64,000 bases of DNA, from assembly GCF_009834535.1 (NCBI RefSeq), contig NC_045696.1:113028001-113092000 (forward strand), read 5' to 3'. Under the pieces are notes generated by a model, which had not been told where the DNA came from, did not search any database, and worked only from the letters and a program-made list of their open reading frames with translations. The position numbers and the translations under genes were made by a program. Of this stretch, positions 12,461-25,499 are shown piece by piece (the first letter of the stretch is position 1; every line of letters starts with the position of its first letter). Source of the DNA: Camelus ferus (Eukaryota).

Positions 12461-12555
12461 ACTTAGGTCAAAGTAGTCAGAAGGCATGCAGCATAATAAA
12501 TGTGTTTAACCTTTGTTCATTTATTATCATCTTTTTGGTAATCTTACTAATACAG

Positions 12556-13260
12556 TCAGGTTGAACCTAGAGCAATCTAATGAACCACACAATGGTTCAC
12601 TGTCATTGGGCTTAAAAAAATCAACCCCAGGGCATTCTGCTTGTCCATGTGACTTAAACATGACCATAGGAAGAAGAATGACATTATGACTGCTCAAAAT
12701 AAAACATCTCAGAGGTCTCTTTTGGATCACCCCTCCCTCCCTAGCCTGTGTTAATGGTAAATTTGAAAAGTTGTCAGTCTGACCACCATATTGGCAGATG
12801 TAAATGAATTATGCCCTCAGTTTTAATCGTATATCTTGATGTTTAGAGAATGGCCTAAACGCTACGTCCATAATTCTTTGCATCATCTTGCCTTTGATTT
12901 GAGCACATAACCATGGCTGTCTGAGCTGGTTAGTTCAGAGGGGTTTTACAAGATGGTAATGAGGCCAATGTTGCAGTTTCAATTAGCTTCACAGAAGAAA
13001 AACCCAGCTTCACACAAGCACACTGAACTGCTAACCCTGCCACCACTCTCAGCCAACAGCCAAAAGGAAGACAAGAGCAGAGAATGCTGCCGACTCAGCA
13101 CTCCCAGGACCATGGCGCCTGGACAAGCAAAGGTCACGCTCATTGATGACCATGGGCCCTCCATGCTGTGTTCCTACACCGGTTCACGGCAGAAACACGG
13201 CAGGAAGAGTCCTCTCTAAATCACAGCTGCCTTTGCAGCCAGGGTCACTCATTGAGGCAA
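12556..13260 (+). pseudogene. Inverted cadherin pseudo-exon (about 2 EC repeats)
   Basis: + strand acceptor ...atcttactaatacag (12555). Reads QWFTV, VSLTTILADVNELCPQF (DVNE..PQF at 12797-12823), LENGLNATSII, AFDL, LQFQL..HTELLTLPPL, QDHG, KVTLIDDHGP..SY. Confidence 0.75.
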
Positions 13261-13362
13261 CGACTTTTTCATTCTAATTTTTTCTTTTTTTTTTTTTTTT
13301 GAAATTAACAACTAGGACAGCTACAGTTTTGAAAGATAAACAACACTTATTTTTGTTTTCAG

Positions 13363-13630
13363 ATTTTCAGTTTTGTCCAGATATTTGAAGTCAGTACATT
13401 TTATCCACTCATGAAATTATTTTCTAATCATTCACTTAGAGGGATGATTGTTGACACACACACGTTTTCCTGCCACTATGTGATTTCTTAGAATGGCTAA
13501 CTCAGGCAATTTTGTATTGGAAGGAGAAGACTTTTATAAGTATTGAAATGGAGATTGAATTTTACTTGCATTTGAAATGGATTTGTATTGGCAAAGGGAT
13601 ATTAAGAAAGACCCTTACCAGCAATTTTCC
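13363..13630 (+). pseudogene. Second inverted cadherin pseudo-exon
   Basis: + strand acceptors (ttttgttttcag / ttttgtccag). Reads LFSNHSLRGMIV (13417-13452), FVLEGED, RDIKKDPYQQFS (13595-13630). Confidence 0.55.
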
Positions 13631-13705
13631 TAATATTAATTTATGTTTTATATGCAATATATATGTTGCAATTTATATATAATTGGAATTGGAATAAATA
13701 TATAC

Positions 13706-14142
13706 ATATCCATGGAAATATGGTCCTCTGCATCTACCCTTCATTCTAAAGATTGGACTCAATTCTGCTTTTGGAATATTTGCATTATTCCTACTAAACT
13801 GCCCATATAGTAACACATCCAAGTGAAGCTTGGCCACTTTGGTTTATACTCTTAGTTCCAGCATTAAGGTACATTTGCTTCTTTTCATTTTCCTCTGATC
13901 TTTGAATTCTGATCATCCTCTCCAGTTCCTGAGCACATTGTCCCCATAGGGAACTTCTAGAGCTTAATATCATTTATAATGTTTTCGTTTCTCCTTGCTA
14001 TCTAAATGTGTCTTCTGGCTTATCAAGAGATCCATAGGACTTATTTCAGTAAGGTGGGTAGCTATTCTGGTGATGAACAGTTATTTGATTTCCAGCTCTT
14101 CCATTCAAAATGCATTCATGAGAAAGCCATCAACTTGATGGC
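13706..14142 (-). pseudogene. Cadherin pseudo-exon
   Basis: Acceptor ggtttttgcatag. Reads ITVHHQNSYPPY*NKSYGSLDKPEDT (14084-14007), SINQSGQ, FSRNNANIPK, RVDAEDH. Weak donor gtatat. Confidence 0.7.
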
Positions 14143-14324
14143 CTATGCAAAAACCAGCTTTTAGAAACTGATATTCACGTCACCTCATCAAAGGTCTGCT
14201 AAATATATTGACTCTGAAGCGGATAACAGTGGAAAAGCCAAACAGATTGAACCTTGAGTACAAGTATATTGACAGCTATTTCCGAGGATTGCTTTTTAAC
14301 CACTGAATTCAGGAGCATATGCTC

Positions 14325-14700
14325 TTTTCTTTTTTTTTTTTTAATTAAAGGATAGTTGATTTACAATGTTGTGTTAGTTTCAGGTGGACAGCAAAGTGAT
14401 TCGGTTAGTTACTCATATACTCTTTTTCAGATTCTTTTCCATTAGAGGTTATTTCAAGATATTGAATCTAGTTCCCTGTGCTCTACAGTAGGTCCTTGTT
14501 GTTTACCTATTTTATATACAGCAGTGTGTATCTCTTAATCCCAAACTCTTAATTTATCTTCCCCCTTCCCCTTTGGTAACCATAAGTTTGTTTTCTATGT
14601 CTGAGTATGTTTCTGTTTTGTAAATAAGTTCATTTGTCTCATTTTTTTAAATTCCAGACATAAGTGATATCATGGTTATCTCTGTCTGACTTACTTCACT
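14325..14700 (-). mobile_element. L1 3'UTR fragment
   Basis: Poly-T followed by atagttgatttacaatgttgtgttag...gacttacttcact. Confidence 0.9.
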
Positions 14701-14804
14701 GAAGCACTTTGCACAATGCTCAACACCCAGAAATGCTCCATAAATATTAAAATTTTTAGAAACAGGAGAACTCACACAACTGCAAACATAGAAATCTACG
14801 TTTA

Positions 14805-15270
14805 AAATTCAGCCATAAAAACCGACAACATAATGCCATTTGCAGCAACATGGGTGCTCCTGGAGAAAGTCATTCTAAGTGAAGTAAGCCAGAAAGAGAA
14901 AGAAAAATACCACAGAGATCGCTCATATGTGGAATCTAAAATAAAAAAAAAAACCACAAACAAATAAACAAACAAAACATAAATACAAAACAGAAACAGA
15001 CTCATAGACACAGAATACACACTTGTGGTTGCCAAGGGGGTGGGGAGTGGGAAGGGATAGACTGGGATTTCAAAATGTGGAATATATAAGAGATTATACT
15101 GTATAGCACAGGGAAATATATACAGGATCTTGTGGTAGCTCACAGAGAAAAAAAAGGGCCCATGAATGTATATATGTTCATGTATAACTGAAAAATTGTA
15201 CTCTACACTGGAGTTTGACACAACATTGTAAAATTATTATAAATCAATAAAAAATGCTTAAAAAAAAAAA
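14805..15270 (+). mobile_element. L1 3' end (younger subfamily)
   Basis: atgccatttgcagcaacatgg...tcaataaaaaatgcttaaaaaaaaaaa. Confidence 0.9.
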
Positions 15271-15494
15271 GCATACGCTCCTGTGCTTCCAGGCATACTT
15301 TTTTTTTTTTAAGTTGATTTCTACAGATGCAGTTGCCTGGGTACCACATTCTCCGTTACCATTAAGAGCTGTATTCAGAATTTCTTGTTTCAAAATGCGT
15401 CATGTTCTCCTCTAATGCAAGCCAGAACTTGAATTTGGTTTGTATGAACCCAGAGCCCACACACTTAACTGCTACATTACATTGCCTCTCAGAA

Positions 15495-16333
15495 ACCATT
15501 ATCATAAAGATTTGTATTCCTTTTTATTTCCAAGAATAGCAATGTGATTTTATTTCTGTCATCACACTTCATGTAAAACAAATAAAAAAACACGATACCC
15601 AAATACCTTTCATGTCACCCAAACCTGAGTTCCTCCGGAAAGTGTCCTGTCTGCGCTCATTTAACTTGGAGCGAGGCCTTCATTCCTCTGTTTTTCATGA
15701 GTCTGAAATTTGTAGCTAGAGACGTGTTCATGTTTTGAGTAATTGTTTTTCACTCAGGATGATATTATGGGTACTTAAAACGTGTTCAGTGATGTTTTAA
15801 AGAATGCAATTTACACCACTTCCTTTAGAAGACTATAAATTAAAAAGTGATAGAAAATGTCAAACCATAATTACATCCAATGTTTTAGTAACCTCATAAA
15901 CCACAAGAACGAAATACCAAAAAAAATATTTTTTTTTCAATTGCCAGCATCAAAGTTTCATTTGCGGATTCTATTTTTGCAGCATTGATGGAAGTAATCC
16001 AGTTAGGTTGACATTTTTATAGAGGATAGTTTAACGTTCAAATAAGCTGTGTTATTTCACCATATTTGTTTTCTTTATGGAGAAGGTTTTTTTCTTCTGG
16101 AATGATCTGAACTATGCTATAAAGTAAATGAAAATGTGTCTTGTAGGTTGGATTATGTCTCCAGAAGACACATTTTATTGATATAAAGGTCTTTGCGGTT
16201 AACCACAGTTGATGTTTACAAACACACAGCCCTTCTAATTTTTAATGCTGTTGCTGTATTTCTTAATGAATCTAATCACAGAAAATATGTCAGATGGAAA
16301 TGGAAACTTGGTCTCAAACATAGGCTTGGGTTT
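15495..16333 (-). pseudogene. Large cadherin pseudo-exon (about 2.5 EC repeats; 3' end approximate)
   Basis: Acceptor ttgtttcttgctaatag. Reads EIQQQH*KLEG..LTAKTFISI..LYSIVQIIPEE, YFVLVVYEVT, GLTFSITF*FIV, RFKYP*Y, QDTFRRNSGLGDM, YDNG across shifting frames. Confidence 0.6.
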
Positions 16334-16499
16334 CTATTAGCAAGAAACAAATGTCCAAATGTGACTGCAGACAAGCTTACACACATGCTCACACACGTGC
16401 TCACGCACACACTCAAGTTTGAGTCCATGTGGGGACCTGGTGACACACAGGCACTTAGAGCCAGATACTAAGCATATGCCAAAAATTTGGTGTGATCAC

Positions 16500-16690
16500 A
16501 ACAGCAAAATGGTACAATATTGTTTCATTCAATCTGATACTGGAAGAGATGCCAAATGACAGCAAATCACAAAACGAACGTCATTCTCTTCTCAGAAGCA
16601 TGATGTTTGAATACTTGAGTTAAAAATAAGACCAATTTGTTTCAGTGTGACTTTCTTGTCACCGGCAAATCGATAGATACACTTCTGTTC
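16500..16690 (-). pseudogene. Cadherin pseudo-exon (3' end approximate)
   Basis: Strong acceptor tttttctgcctattttcttttatag. Reads CIYRFAGDKKVTLKQIGLI...EENDVRFVI. Confidence 0.5.
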
Positions 16691-16789
16691 TATAAAAGAA
16701 AATAGGCAGAAAAACCTTTAATGGTTGAGATAGAATTGCTATTCTTTGATGTTTCTGTCCTTTAGGACAAAATATATCTATCACGCACC

Positions 16790-19700
16790 AAAAAAAAAAA
16801 AAGTGTCTGCAAGTTCATTGAGTTCAGTATGACAGAGTAATATTTATTGTACCCATTTTTATCCTCAAGAGTTCTTTCTATTGTGTTTTTTTAAGAGATG
16901 ACATAATTTTAATCATGTACAAAAGACATAACTTTAAAGATGGACCTTACTGATACAAGTAACTTGTGTGTGGGTCAAATAGGTTTTCTTCTGGTTTTAT
17001 TGAGATATAATTGACATACAGCACTGTGTAAGTTTAAGATGTACAGCATAATGGTTAGACTTGCATACATCACGAAATGATCACCACAAGTTTAGTGAAC
17101 ATCCATCATCTCATAGAGATACAACATCAAGGAAAAAGAAAAAAGGATCTTTTTCTTGTGATGAAAGCTCTTAGGATTTACTCTCTTAATGTTTATATAT
17201 AATGTACTGCAGGGTTAATTATATTAATCGTGTTGTACGTTACATCTCTGGTACTTACTTATCTTATAACTGGAAGTTTGTACCTTTTGACCACCTTCAT
17301 CATATAAAGATATTTCATTATTATTGACTATATTCCCCACACTGTACATTTCATGCATATGACTTGTTTATTGTGTAGCTGTGTACCTCCTAACTGCCCT
17401 TACCTATTAAACTCATCCCCCAACCCCCTTCCCTCTGGCAGCCATCTGTCTTTTCTTTATAGCTATGACTCTGTTTCAGGTTTGGTATGTTTGCTCATTT
17501 GTTTTGTTTTATAGATTCAACATATAAGTGGAATTAGGATATTTGTCTTTCTCTGTCTGACCTATTTCACTTAGCATAATACCCTCTAGGTCCAGCTATG
17601 TTCTCTCAAATGGCAGAATTTCATTCTTTTTTATGGCTGAGTAATAGTCCATTGTCTGTATATACCACATCTTCTTCATTCATTCATGTATCAGTGGGCA
17701 CTTTCATATCTTGGCTAATGTAAATAATGCTGCAATAAACATAGAGGTACATATATCTTTTCAAATTAGTGTTTTTGTTTTCTTTGGAAAAATACCCGGA
17801 AGTGGAATTTCTGGATCATATATTAGTTCTATTTTTAATTTTTTGAGGAATCTCCGTATCATTTTCCATAGTGGCTGCACTGATTTACATTCCCACCAAC
17901 AGTGCAGAAGGGTTCCCTTTTCTCCACATCCTCACCAACATGGGTTATTTGTGGTCTTTTTGATGATAGTCATTCTGACAGATGTGAGATGTCTCACTGT
18001 GGTTTTGATTTACATTTCTCTGATGATTAGTGATGTTGAGTATCTTTTCATCTGTATGTCTTCTTTAGAAAAAAATGTCTACACAGGTCCACTGCCTATT
18101 TTTAATCAGACTTTTTTTGATATTGAGTTGTATAAGTTCCTTGTATATTTGGATATTAACCACTTATCAGATATATTGTTTGTAAATATCTTCTCCCATT
18201 CAGTAGGTGGCCTTTTTGTTTTGTTGATAGTTTCCTTTGCTGTGCAAAAGCTTTTTGGTTTAATGTAGTTCCATTTGTTTATTTTTGCTTTTCTTTCCTT
18301 TGCCTGAGGAAACAAATCCAAAAAAATATTGCTAAGACTAATGTCAAAGGGCATACTGCCTGCGTTTTCTTCTAGGAGTTTTATGGTTTCAGGTCTTACA
18401 TTTAAGCCTTTAATCCACTTTGAATTTACTTTTGTACATGGTGTGGGGAAGCAGCCCAGCTTGATTCTTTTGCATGTAGCTGTCCAGCTTTCCCAACACC
18501 ATTTATTGAAGAGACTATCTTTTCCCCATTGTATATTCTTGCCTCCTTTGTCATAGATTAATTGATCATATAAGCATGGGTTTATAGCTGGGGTCTCTAT
18601 TCTGTTCCATTGATCTATGTGTCTGCTTTTGTGCCAATACCATACTGTTTTGGTTACTGTAGCCATAGTATAGTTTAAAATCAGGAAGTATAATACCTCC
18701 AGCTTTGTTCTTCTTTCTCAAGGATTGTTTTGGCTATTTGGGCTCCTTTATGTTTCCATACAAATTTTAGAACTATTTGTTCTCATTCTTTAAAAGATGT
18801 CAGTGATATTTTAATAGGGATTGCATTGACCCTGTAGATTGCCTTGAGTAGTTTGGTCATTTGAGCGATATAAATTCTTCCAGTCTGTGAGCATGGAATA
18901 TCTTTCCATCTGTTTATGTCATCTTTAATTTCTTTCATCAATATCTTATAGTTTTCCAAGTAGAGGTCTTTTACTTCCTTGGTTAGGTTTATTCCTAGGT
19001 ATTTTATTCTTTTTGATGCAGTTGTACATGAAATTGTTTTCTTACTTCCTGTTTCTGATGGTTCATTGTTAGTGTATGTAAACTCAACAGATTTCTGTAT
19101 TAATTTTGTATCCTGCAACTTTACAGAATTCATTTGTTAGTTCTCATAGTTTTTTTGGTGATATCTTCAGGGTTTTCTATATATAGTTCATGTTATCTTC
19201 AAGCAGTAACAGTTTTGCTTCTTCCTTTTTTTTTTTTTTTCCTGTCTGATGGCTGTGGCTAGGACTTCCAATATTATGTTGAATAAAAGTGGCGAGAATA
19301 GGCATTCTTGTCTTGTTCCTGAATTTAGAGGAAAGGTTTTCAGCTTTTCACTGTTGACTATGATATTGGCTATAAATTTGTCTTTACTATGTTGAGATAT
19401 GTTCCCTCTCTATCGACTTTATTAGGGGTTTTTATCATAAATGGATGTTGAAGTTTGTCAAATGCTTTTTCTGCATCCACTGAAAATATTTTCAACATAT
19501 TTTTATCCATGAATTCTCTTATGAGAGCCAAGGCTAGAATAGTTGTTCACCAATAGCAAGTGTCACAGAAAATGAGAATTAGAATTCTTTCAGCGTTCTT
19601 TGATACTTTTGGCTAATGGGCAAAAGTGTAATCTGAGGGAAAAAGTAAACAGGGGCCAAATGATAACTCCCTGAAGAAATTCTATACACTGTTAGAAAGT

Positions 19701-19865
19701 TATAGGTAGACTAAATGGCCTGTAGATTCATGGAATAGAAATGCTATTGGAATTACTTCACCCAGCAGTTCTCAGCTATCCAGTGAGAGGGTCCAGATCC
19801 ACGTGAATAGATTGTCACCAGCAATGAGGTGTGTTGTATGTGATCTGTGTCTAATGTTCAAAGTA
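16790..19865 (-). pseudogene. Cadherin pseudo-exon(s) split by a 2.5 kb L1 insertion
   Basis: 19865-19480: TQITY, HLIAGDNLF, DLDPLTG*LRTAG (19799-19761), [22 protein letters not shown]. After the L1, 16993-16790: EENLFDPHTS, YMIKIM, GTINITL, TELNELADTF. Confidence 0.75.
16994..19478 (-). mobile_element. L1 (3'UTR + ORF2 remnants), possibly composite
   Basis: ORF track shows ORF2-like peptides ([34 protein letters not shown]). Confidence 0.95.
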
Positions 19866-20004
19866 CTAAAGGTAGCAAATTATTTTATTGTTTTATAAAT
19901 TAGAACATATTGGAAATTATCCTTCTCAAAATGCCACACTAACTCAATAGCATTTCAAATCAGAAAGGAATATAGTTTCAGATGGTGGGTCTAGTATTAC
20001 TTAC

Positions 20005-20760
20005 ATATCCCTTGGAAATATCCACGGGAGTGAATCTTGCATGAAAATGTAGGGGCAATGTTTCCTAGCAGAAAAGCATTTGTGATCTACACCTCCTGCA
20101 GACTTTTGCATGATCAGTAGAGACTGCTGAATTCCGAAGCAGAAAGTTGATGGTGTGTACGGAATCAGCAAAGGACCATAATCTTGAAAGACATTTCTCC
20201 AGGGCATGGCAAAGCCTGAGGAAATGACTACACCACCACTAGAGGATACATTTTTCATGACTGGATGCTTAGAGCTCTGGAATTTTTTGTCTCTTTCCTG
20301 TGGAGAGTGCCCAGTATCCACTGCCAAAGTCTGTGTTCTCTGAGCTCAGTTTATCTAAAGTGGCCATGCTCCAAGAGTTGACCTTTTCTTTCTTTGGATG
20401 TGTTAACATCATGGATTAAGCTCCGTAGTTGGTCTCGATCCAGTGGCTATTCCCGTGGAGCTAGGGAAATATTAATTATTTCAATGCTTGGAGGAGACCC
20501 TTATTCTTTTATCTCTAAGTTGTTGCTTGTAGGGGTGCAGACACTTCACCATTGTCCCCTTTACCAAGAAATTATAATCTAAATCTGACTCTAATTGTTT
20601 TTGTGGTCGCTGTTTTTCACTGGGTAATTACGATGTCATTCTATATTATTTAGTGGGGCAAATTTATACCACATCTTATTCTCATGATCTTCATTTTATG
20701 TACCCCCTTTTGTCACTTACAATTTGTATAAATTTATCATCTTAACAGCTGTAAACTATT
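20005..20760 (-). pseudogene. Large cadherin pseudo-exon (5' end approximate)
   Basis: Donor gtaagt at 20004. Reads DNGEV, YFPSSTGI, PLDRD, LAVDTG, NAFLLGNIAPTFSCKIHS, VDISKG in shifting frames. Confidence 0.6.
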
Positions 20761-20829
20761 CTAGGGATAGAAGATGTAACCATTCCAATTTCTTTTTCTT
20801 TTACAATCAGGATAGTCCTTGCAAAGATG

Positions 20830-22520
20830 ACACCAAAACCCTATAAATCAACTTCATAGGTGAAAAAGTCCCAATACCAGCAAATTCAATGTATCAAACC
20901 TTAAAAACAATTATAGACTATGACCAAAAGAGTTGGTTCTTAAGAACACAAGAAATTTTACTATTAGAGACATCTGTTATTATAATTCATCTTATCAATA
21001 GGTTAAATAAGGAAAAAATTATTACTTTTATAGATGCTCCCCAAAACTACTTGATTTAATATATATTACTGGTGAAAACTCTTTAATGAAACAGATATAG
21101 AAGGCTAATTACATAAAAATTAGAAAGATTATTAATTTGAAACAAAGATTAAATATTTCACTTAGTTGTAAAATTCTATACATATTTTCATTAAAATTGG
21201 AAGCAAGAAAATTAAAAATTTATCATTTGTTCAAAAGTCTGGCAAATATAATAAGGAATAAAAGTATATGAAGTAATCAGAAAGGGGAAGTTAAACAAAT
21301 CTCCATTTGTCTATATTAAAAATTTAAGAGAATCAATTGAAACAAACAAAAAAAGCTATTAGAACTGTCAAAAGTTTAGTATGGTATCTACTTAAAAAGT
21401 AAATACAGAAAAGTAAAGTGTACTTCATTGCCATAATCAATGTAAAAAATAAGGAAAAATCCACATATCACAGTAGCAACCTTAGAACAGAAAATAATTA
21501 GAAATAAATATAAAAAGAAATTTATTAGATTACCTTGAAAAAATTATAAAATAATTTGGAAGAAGATGAGATTTAACAGAGAAATGGTCTATACTCTTTG
21601 ACAGAAAGAATCATTTATTTTAGAAATTGCATTCTCCCCAAGGTAATACAATAATTTAATGCAACTAAAGTCAGAATCACTGGGAAGTTTTTCAGTAACA
21701 TGATAAAATGATTTTAAAATTTATGTGGGATAAAATAAAAAGCAAAAATAGCCAATGAGTCATTTAACAAACAGCGTTCCCAAAGATTAAGAACAATTGC
21801 ATCAAAAGAAAAGAACTGATTGAGTTTCTACATAAAAATCAAAATTCTACACAGTGAGAAAAATCACAGACAAAATTAAAAGATTATAAATGGGAAAATA
21901 TCTGCAAGATAAGATTTCTTTAATATACAAAGCAATCTGACAAATATGAAGGAAAGAGGCAACATTCCTATAGAACTCACAAGATCAAGGGCCAGCCAAC
22001 TTTTACTGAAAAGGACAGATAGTGAATATTTTTGGCTTTGTAAAAACACACAGTCTCTTTTGCAACTGCTCAGCTCTGCTCTTGTAGCACAAAAGGAGCC
22101 ACAGACAATGTATAAACAAATAGGCATGTGTGTGTTCCAGTAAAACTTCATTTACAATAATAGGAAGTGGGACAAAGTTGGCCCACAGAGAGTCATGTGC
22201 CAATTTCTGCAGTAGACCTTCTGTAACTCGTTTACTGCTGTTTTCTAGATATACCTAAAAGCAAGTATGGTGCATGCAAGATGCTCAACAAACATATGAT
22301 AGATGAAAAGAAAGAGGACAACCCACAGAAAAAAAGTTGAAATCAACTGGAAAACATATACAATTGTCCACACTCACACAATGAAAGAAAGGCAAATTAA
22401 AATTATGACGTAATATTTTCTTACTCTCAGATTCACAAGATTTGTTTGTTTCTTTAGAGATCCTTCTTAAGCTTGGTAAAAATACGGACTCCTGCATGTC
22501 CTCATATGCCACTGGTAGGC
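20830..22520 (+). mobile_element. Old L1 ORF2 remnants
   Basis: Degenerate A-rich ORF2-like sequence, interrupted by MER58A. Confidence 0.55.
21985..22210. mobile_element. MER58A DNA transposon
   Basis: cagatagtgaatatttttggctttg...tgtgttccagtaaaacttcatttac. Confidence 0.85.
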
Positions 22521-22605
22521 TTTTTCACTCTTTTATCTTTAGTTAGACACACAGAGAAAAGTTTAGAAAATAATAGATGAGTATCTGTGTACTTAGTCCC
22601 TAGAT

Positions 22606-23935
22606 CAGCAGTTCTCAAATGATTTGGACTCATTCTTAAAAATTATTGAGAACCCCAAAGAACTTTTGTTTATTAATTTTGTAATGTTTACATTCAAAAT
22701 TAAAACAGATATTTAAAATATTTATTTAAAACAGCAATAATAAACCCTTTACATGTTAACATAAATAACGCTTTTATGACAATAACTACAATTTCCAAAG
22801 CAAAAAAAAAAAAAATGTTGAGAAGAGTGGCATTGTTTTACATTTTTGCCAATCTCTTGAATAAGTGGCTTAAAGGAAGTCAACTGGATGCTCATATCTG
22901 TTTTTGAATTCATTCTGTTATGGTATGTTTTTGTGTTCAAGTATGGGAAGAAAATCAGTCCTCAAGCAGTTATGTAGTTGGAAAAGGGAAGTGTATTTTA
23001 ACAGCCTTTCTGATAACTGAAAAGTCAGCTTTGATATTACAGCAAAATTCAACAAATGGTTGTTTCTAAAAGAGTAGTTGCAGTGTAGAATCTGAAACCA
23101 TGTCACAGAACTTTCCATGCTTTATGTCATTAAAATCCATTCATTTTGCACTTTGAGTGGATCTTTTACTCACGCATGATTTTTGTAACATCATGCATTG
23201 ACCCTTTGGAAAATAGGGAGTCATCAAATAATGCAGACCTTCCAGATGGAGAAACATTTGATTGCACAATATTCAAATTCTGTTATTTCTCACTGATCTC
23301 AGAACAGTCTTTAACTATCATGAATCTGCCAAGCCTGCAGTGGTAGACATTGGCTTTCCAAAATTCGAATTTTCATTTGCAAGCTCGCATTTTATCAAGG
23401 GCAACAACTACCGCCAATTGGTTGCTTTGAGGTGACAGACTTCACCCAAGTTTGAATGACCATCATTTGTCTCTCACTCATTCTCTCAAGAAAAATGACA
23501 TGTATGAAGAAAGCAGACAGTTCAGTTCACAATTCAATCGCACAAGTGCTTTTCCTGGAGACAGAAATCATACATGCAGCAGAAGTGCTTTCTGCTTACT
23601 TGCTATTTTACCACTTCGTTTGAGTGTTGGGATTTAATTAAAATAAATGTTACTGCTTCGTCAAGGACATTTTGAGTGAAACTGGCTTGTCTTATTTTGC
23701 CTGGTGTTTGTGCAAGAGTGTGGTGTGGAAAATGCAGTCCGCTGCTCTGCATTGCTTTGTGCTAAGTCACCACTGTTTTATCCACCACTGACTGGGCACC
23801 ATCAGTGCAAATGTCAACATGGTGGGAAAGATAAATAATGCCTTAGTACTATTATGAAAGTTATTTTGAGCTCAGGAACACCGTGCAGCAGACTTGGGGG
23901 CCCCAGAAGTCCTCAGACACACTTTGAGAACTATG
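22606..23935. mobile_element. Charlie1-like hAT DNA transposon remnant
   Basis: Terminal inverted repeats cagcagttctcaaa / tttgagaactatg; degenerate 8-bp TSD ccctagat / ccccagag. Confidence 0.8.
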
Positions 23936-24959
23936 CCCCAGAGTTGACAAATGTTAACATTTTACCTTGTTTGCTTCAAAACTGTTTATTAATAAAATAA
24001 AATCTTATAGGTCTGGATAAAACCCTTTCCCTTCTTCCCCCAGTGGAAGATGGGTTCTTTTCTGGGGATGAACCACTGTGTTGAAGTTACAGTTCCTTCT
24101 CTTTACAAGGTTTATGCTTTCCCTGTGTGTGTAAACGCAACAGTATATTTTTGTGATTCTTTATTATTTTACATAAATAATTCCATTCCGTATGTATGCC
24201 TTTACCAAGATTTTTTCGTTTGCTATTATGCCATTTTGCTTTTGAGGGAGCTCTAAGTTGATATCATCTAGTTCGTATGTTTCACCTGCTGTGTTATTTT
24301 TATCTCTTTGTTCTTGTAGTGATGGATATTTAGATTATTTCCAGCTTTTTACTGTTGTGAATATTCCCTTAAACAGGAGTCACTTTAGGTTGTATGCCAT
24401 GATATGGCATTTCCAGGTCTAAAAGTGTGCACCTGGTCAGTTTTTCATTTCTGTATTGCTAAATTGTACCAATTCACAGCCTAACATGTTTCTTAACTGG
24501 GTCCTCTCTATCTGCGAGCAATTTGGCAATGTATGTGAAACACTTCAAGAGAAGACATAATTTTTGAACCAGAAATTTCAATTCTAAGAACTGACCATTA
24601 GGAATAAGTTCAAAGATTGTTTTTTTTACAACGTTGCTTATTAAATTGTTATTTATGGAGTGGGAAATCTGGGCAACAGCTTCTAGAGGTTTAATAATAG
24701 GCAATTAATTTAAAATATTATAATATCTTCTCATGGCCTATTATGTTATTTTACGTCCTAATTTTGTTTAGAGTTTTTTTATATGATTATATTTATCAAA
24801 ATGGAGGATAGGAGTCAAACTAATTTTTCTTTTCTTTGTGTGTGTTTTTTAAATTTGTGTTTTTGAGGAAACATGTTATTACAAAAAGGAAACGAAGAAA
24901 GGAAGGAAGGAAGGAAGGAAGCAAAAAGGGAGGGATATAGGATAGGTAGAGGATATATC

Positions 24960-25180
24960 TTGAAACCTCAAAACCTTATCCTAAACTAAACATCAGGTCA
25001 GTCCAAAAAAGTAGAACATTTCCCAAACTTGACACCACACAGGCATCATTTGAGAGTTTGTTGCAGCCCTCAGAGATGTTGATTTGGTGGGACTAGGAAT
25101 CAAAGAGACCCTGAAATACGCAGACATCACGCCTTAAGAAATACTAATTTAGCAACTGTAGCTGATTTGATCTGATGTGC
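24960..25180 (-). pseudogene. Cadherin pseudo-exon (3' end approximate)
   Basis: Acceptor ttatttttcatgcatgcag. Reads SATVAKLVFL then LFDS*SHQINISEG (PxF..Y..NISE pattern). Confidence 0.55.
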
Positions 25181-25499
25181 CTGCATGCATGAAAAATAAG
25201 GTGCCTTGTCCTTTTCAATATTCAGCAAGCAAGAGAGACAGACAGTGGCTGGGGACAGTTCTGGTGGTGCCTCTCCTCTCGGAGGCCTGGAGCTGAAGGC
25301 CAGAGCCTTGGTAACCACATCCGGAAACCCTGCCCCAGACTTTGCTTTCTCCTTGGCCTTGGCAGACTGCCTGATGCAGTCAAGGTCAAGCCTGCAGGTG
25401 GCGGCTCCAGGTGTTCATCCTCCGTTCTCTCTCATCCCTCCTTCCTTTGTTTTCTGGCACCTGGGTTGCTTCCTCTGTTGAGCAGAGTTCACAGATTTT

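Noticed and set aside
5811..16116. Vitellogenin-like peptides RVLETLQH (6.16 kb) and KNRIRK (15.97 kb)
   Set aside because: Short matches in the wrong order for vitellogenin; the surrounding sequence fits cadherin repeats much better.
17711..19133. Longest ORFs in the track (up to about 186 aa)
   Set aside because: Sense and antisense frames of a broken L1 ORF2, not host genes; the same applies to the ORF1 frames at 30758-31371.
25127..25318. ORF ending HQIKSATVAKLVFLKA resembling a leucine-rich repeat
   Set aside because: Single unit with no neighbouring LRR exons; the downstream frame continues as a cadherin linker (LFDS*SHQINISEG).
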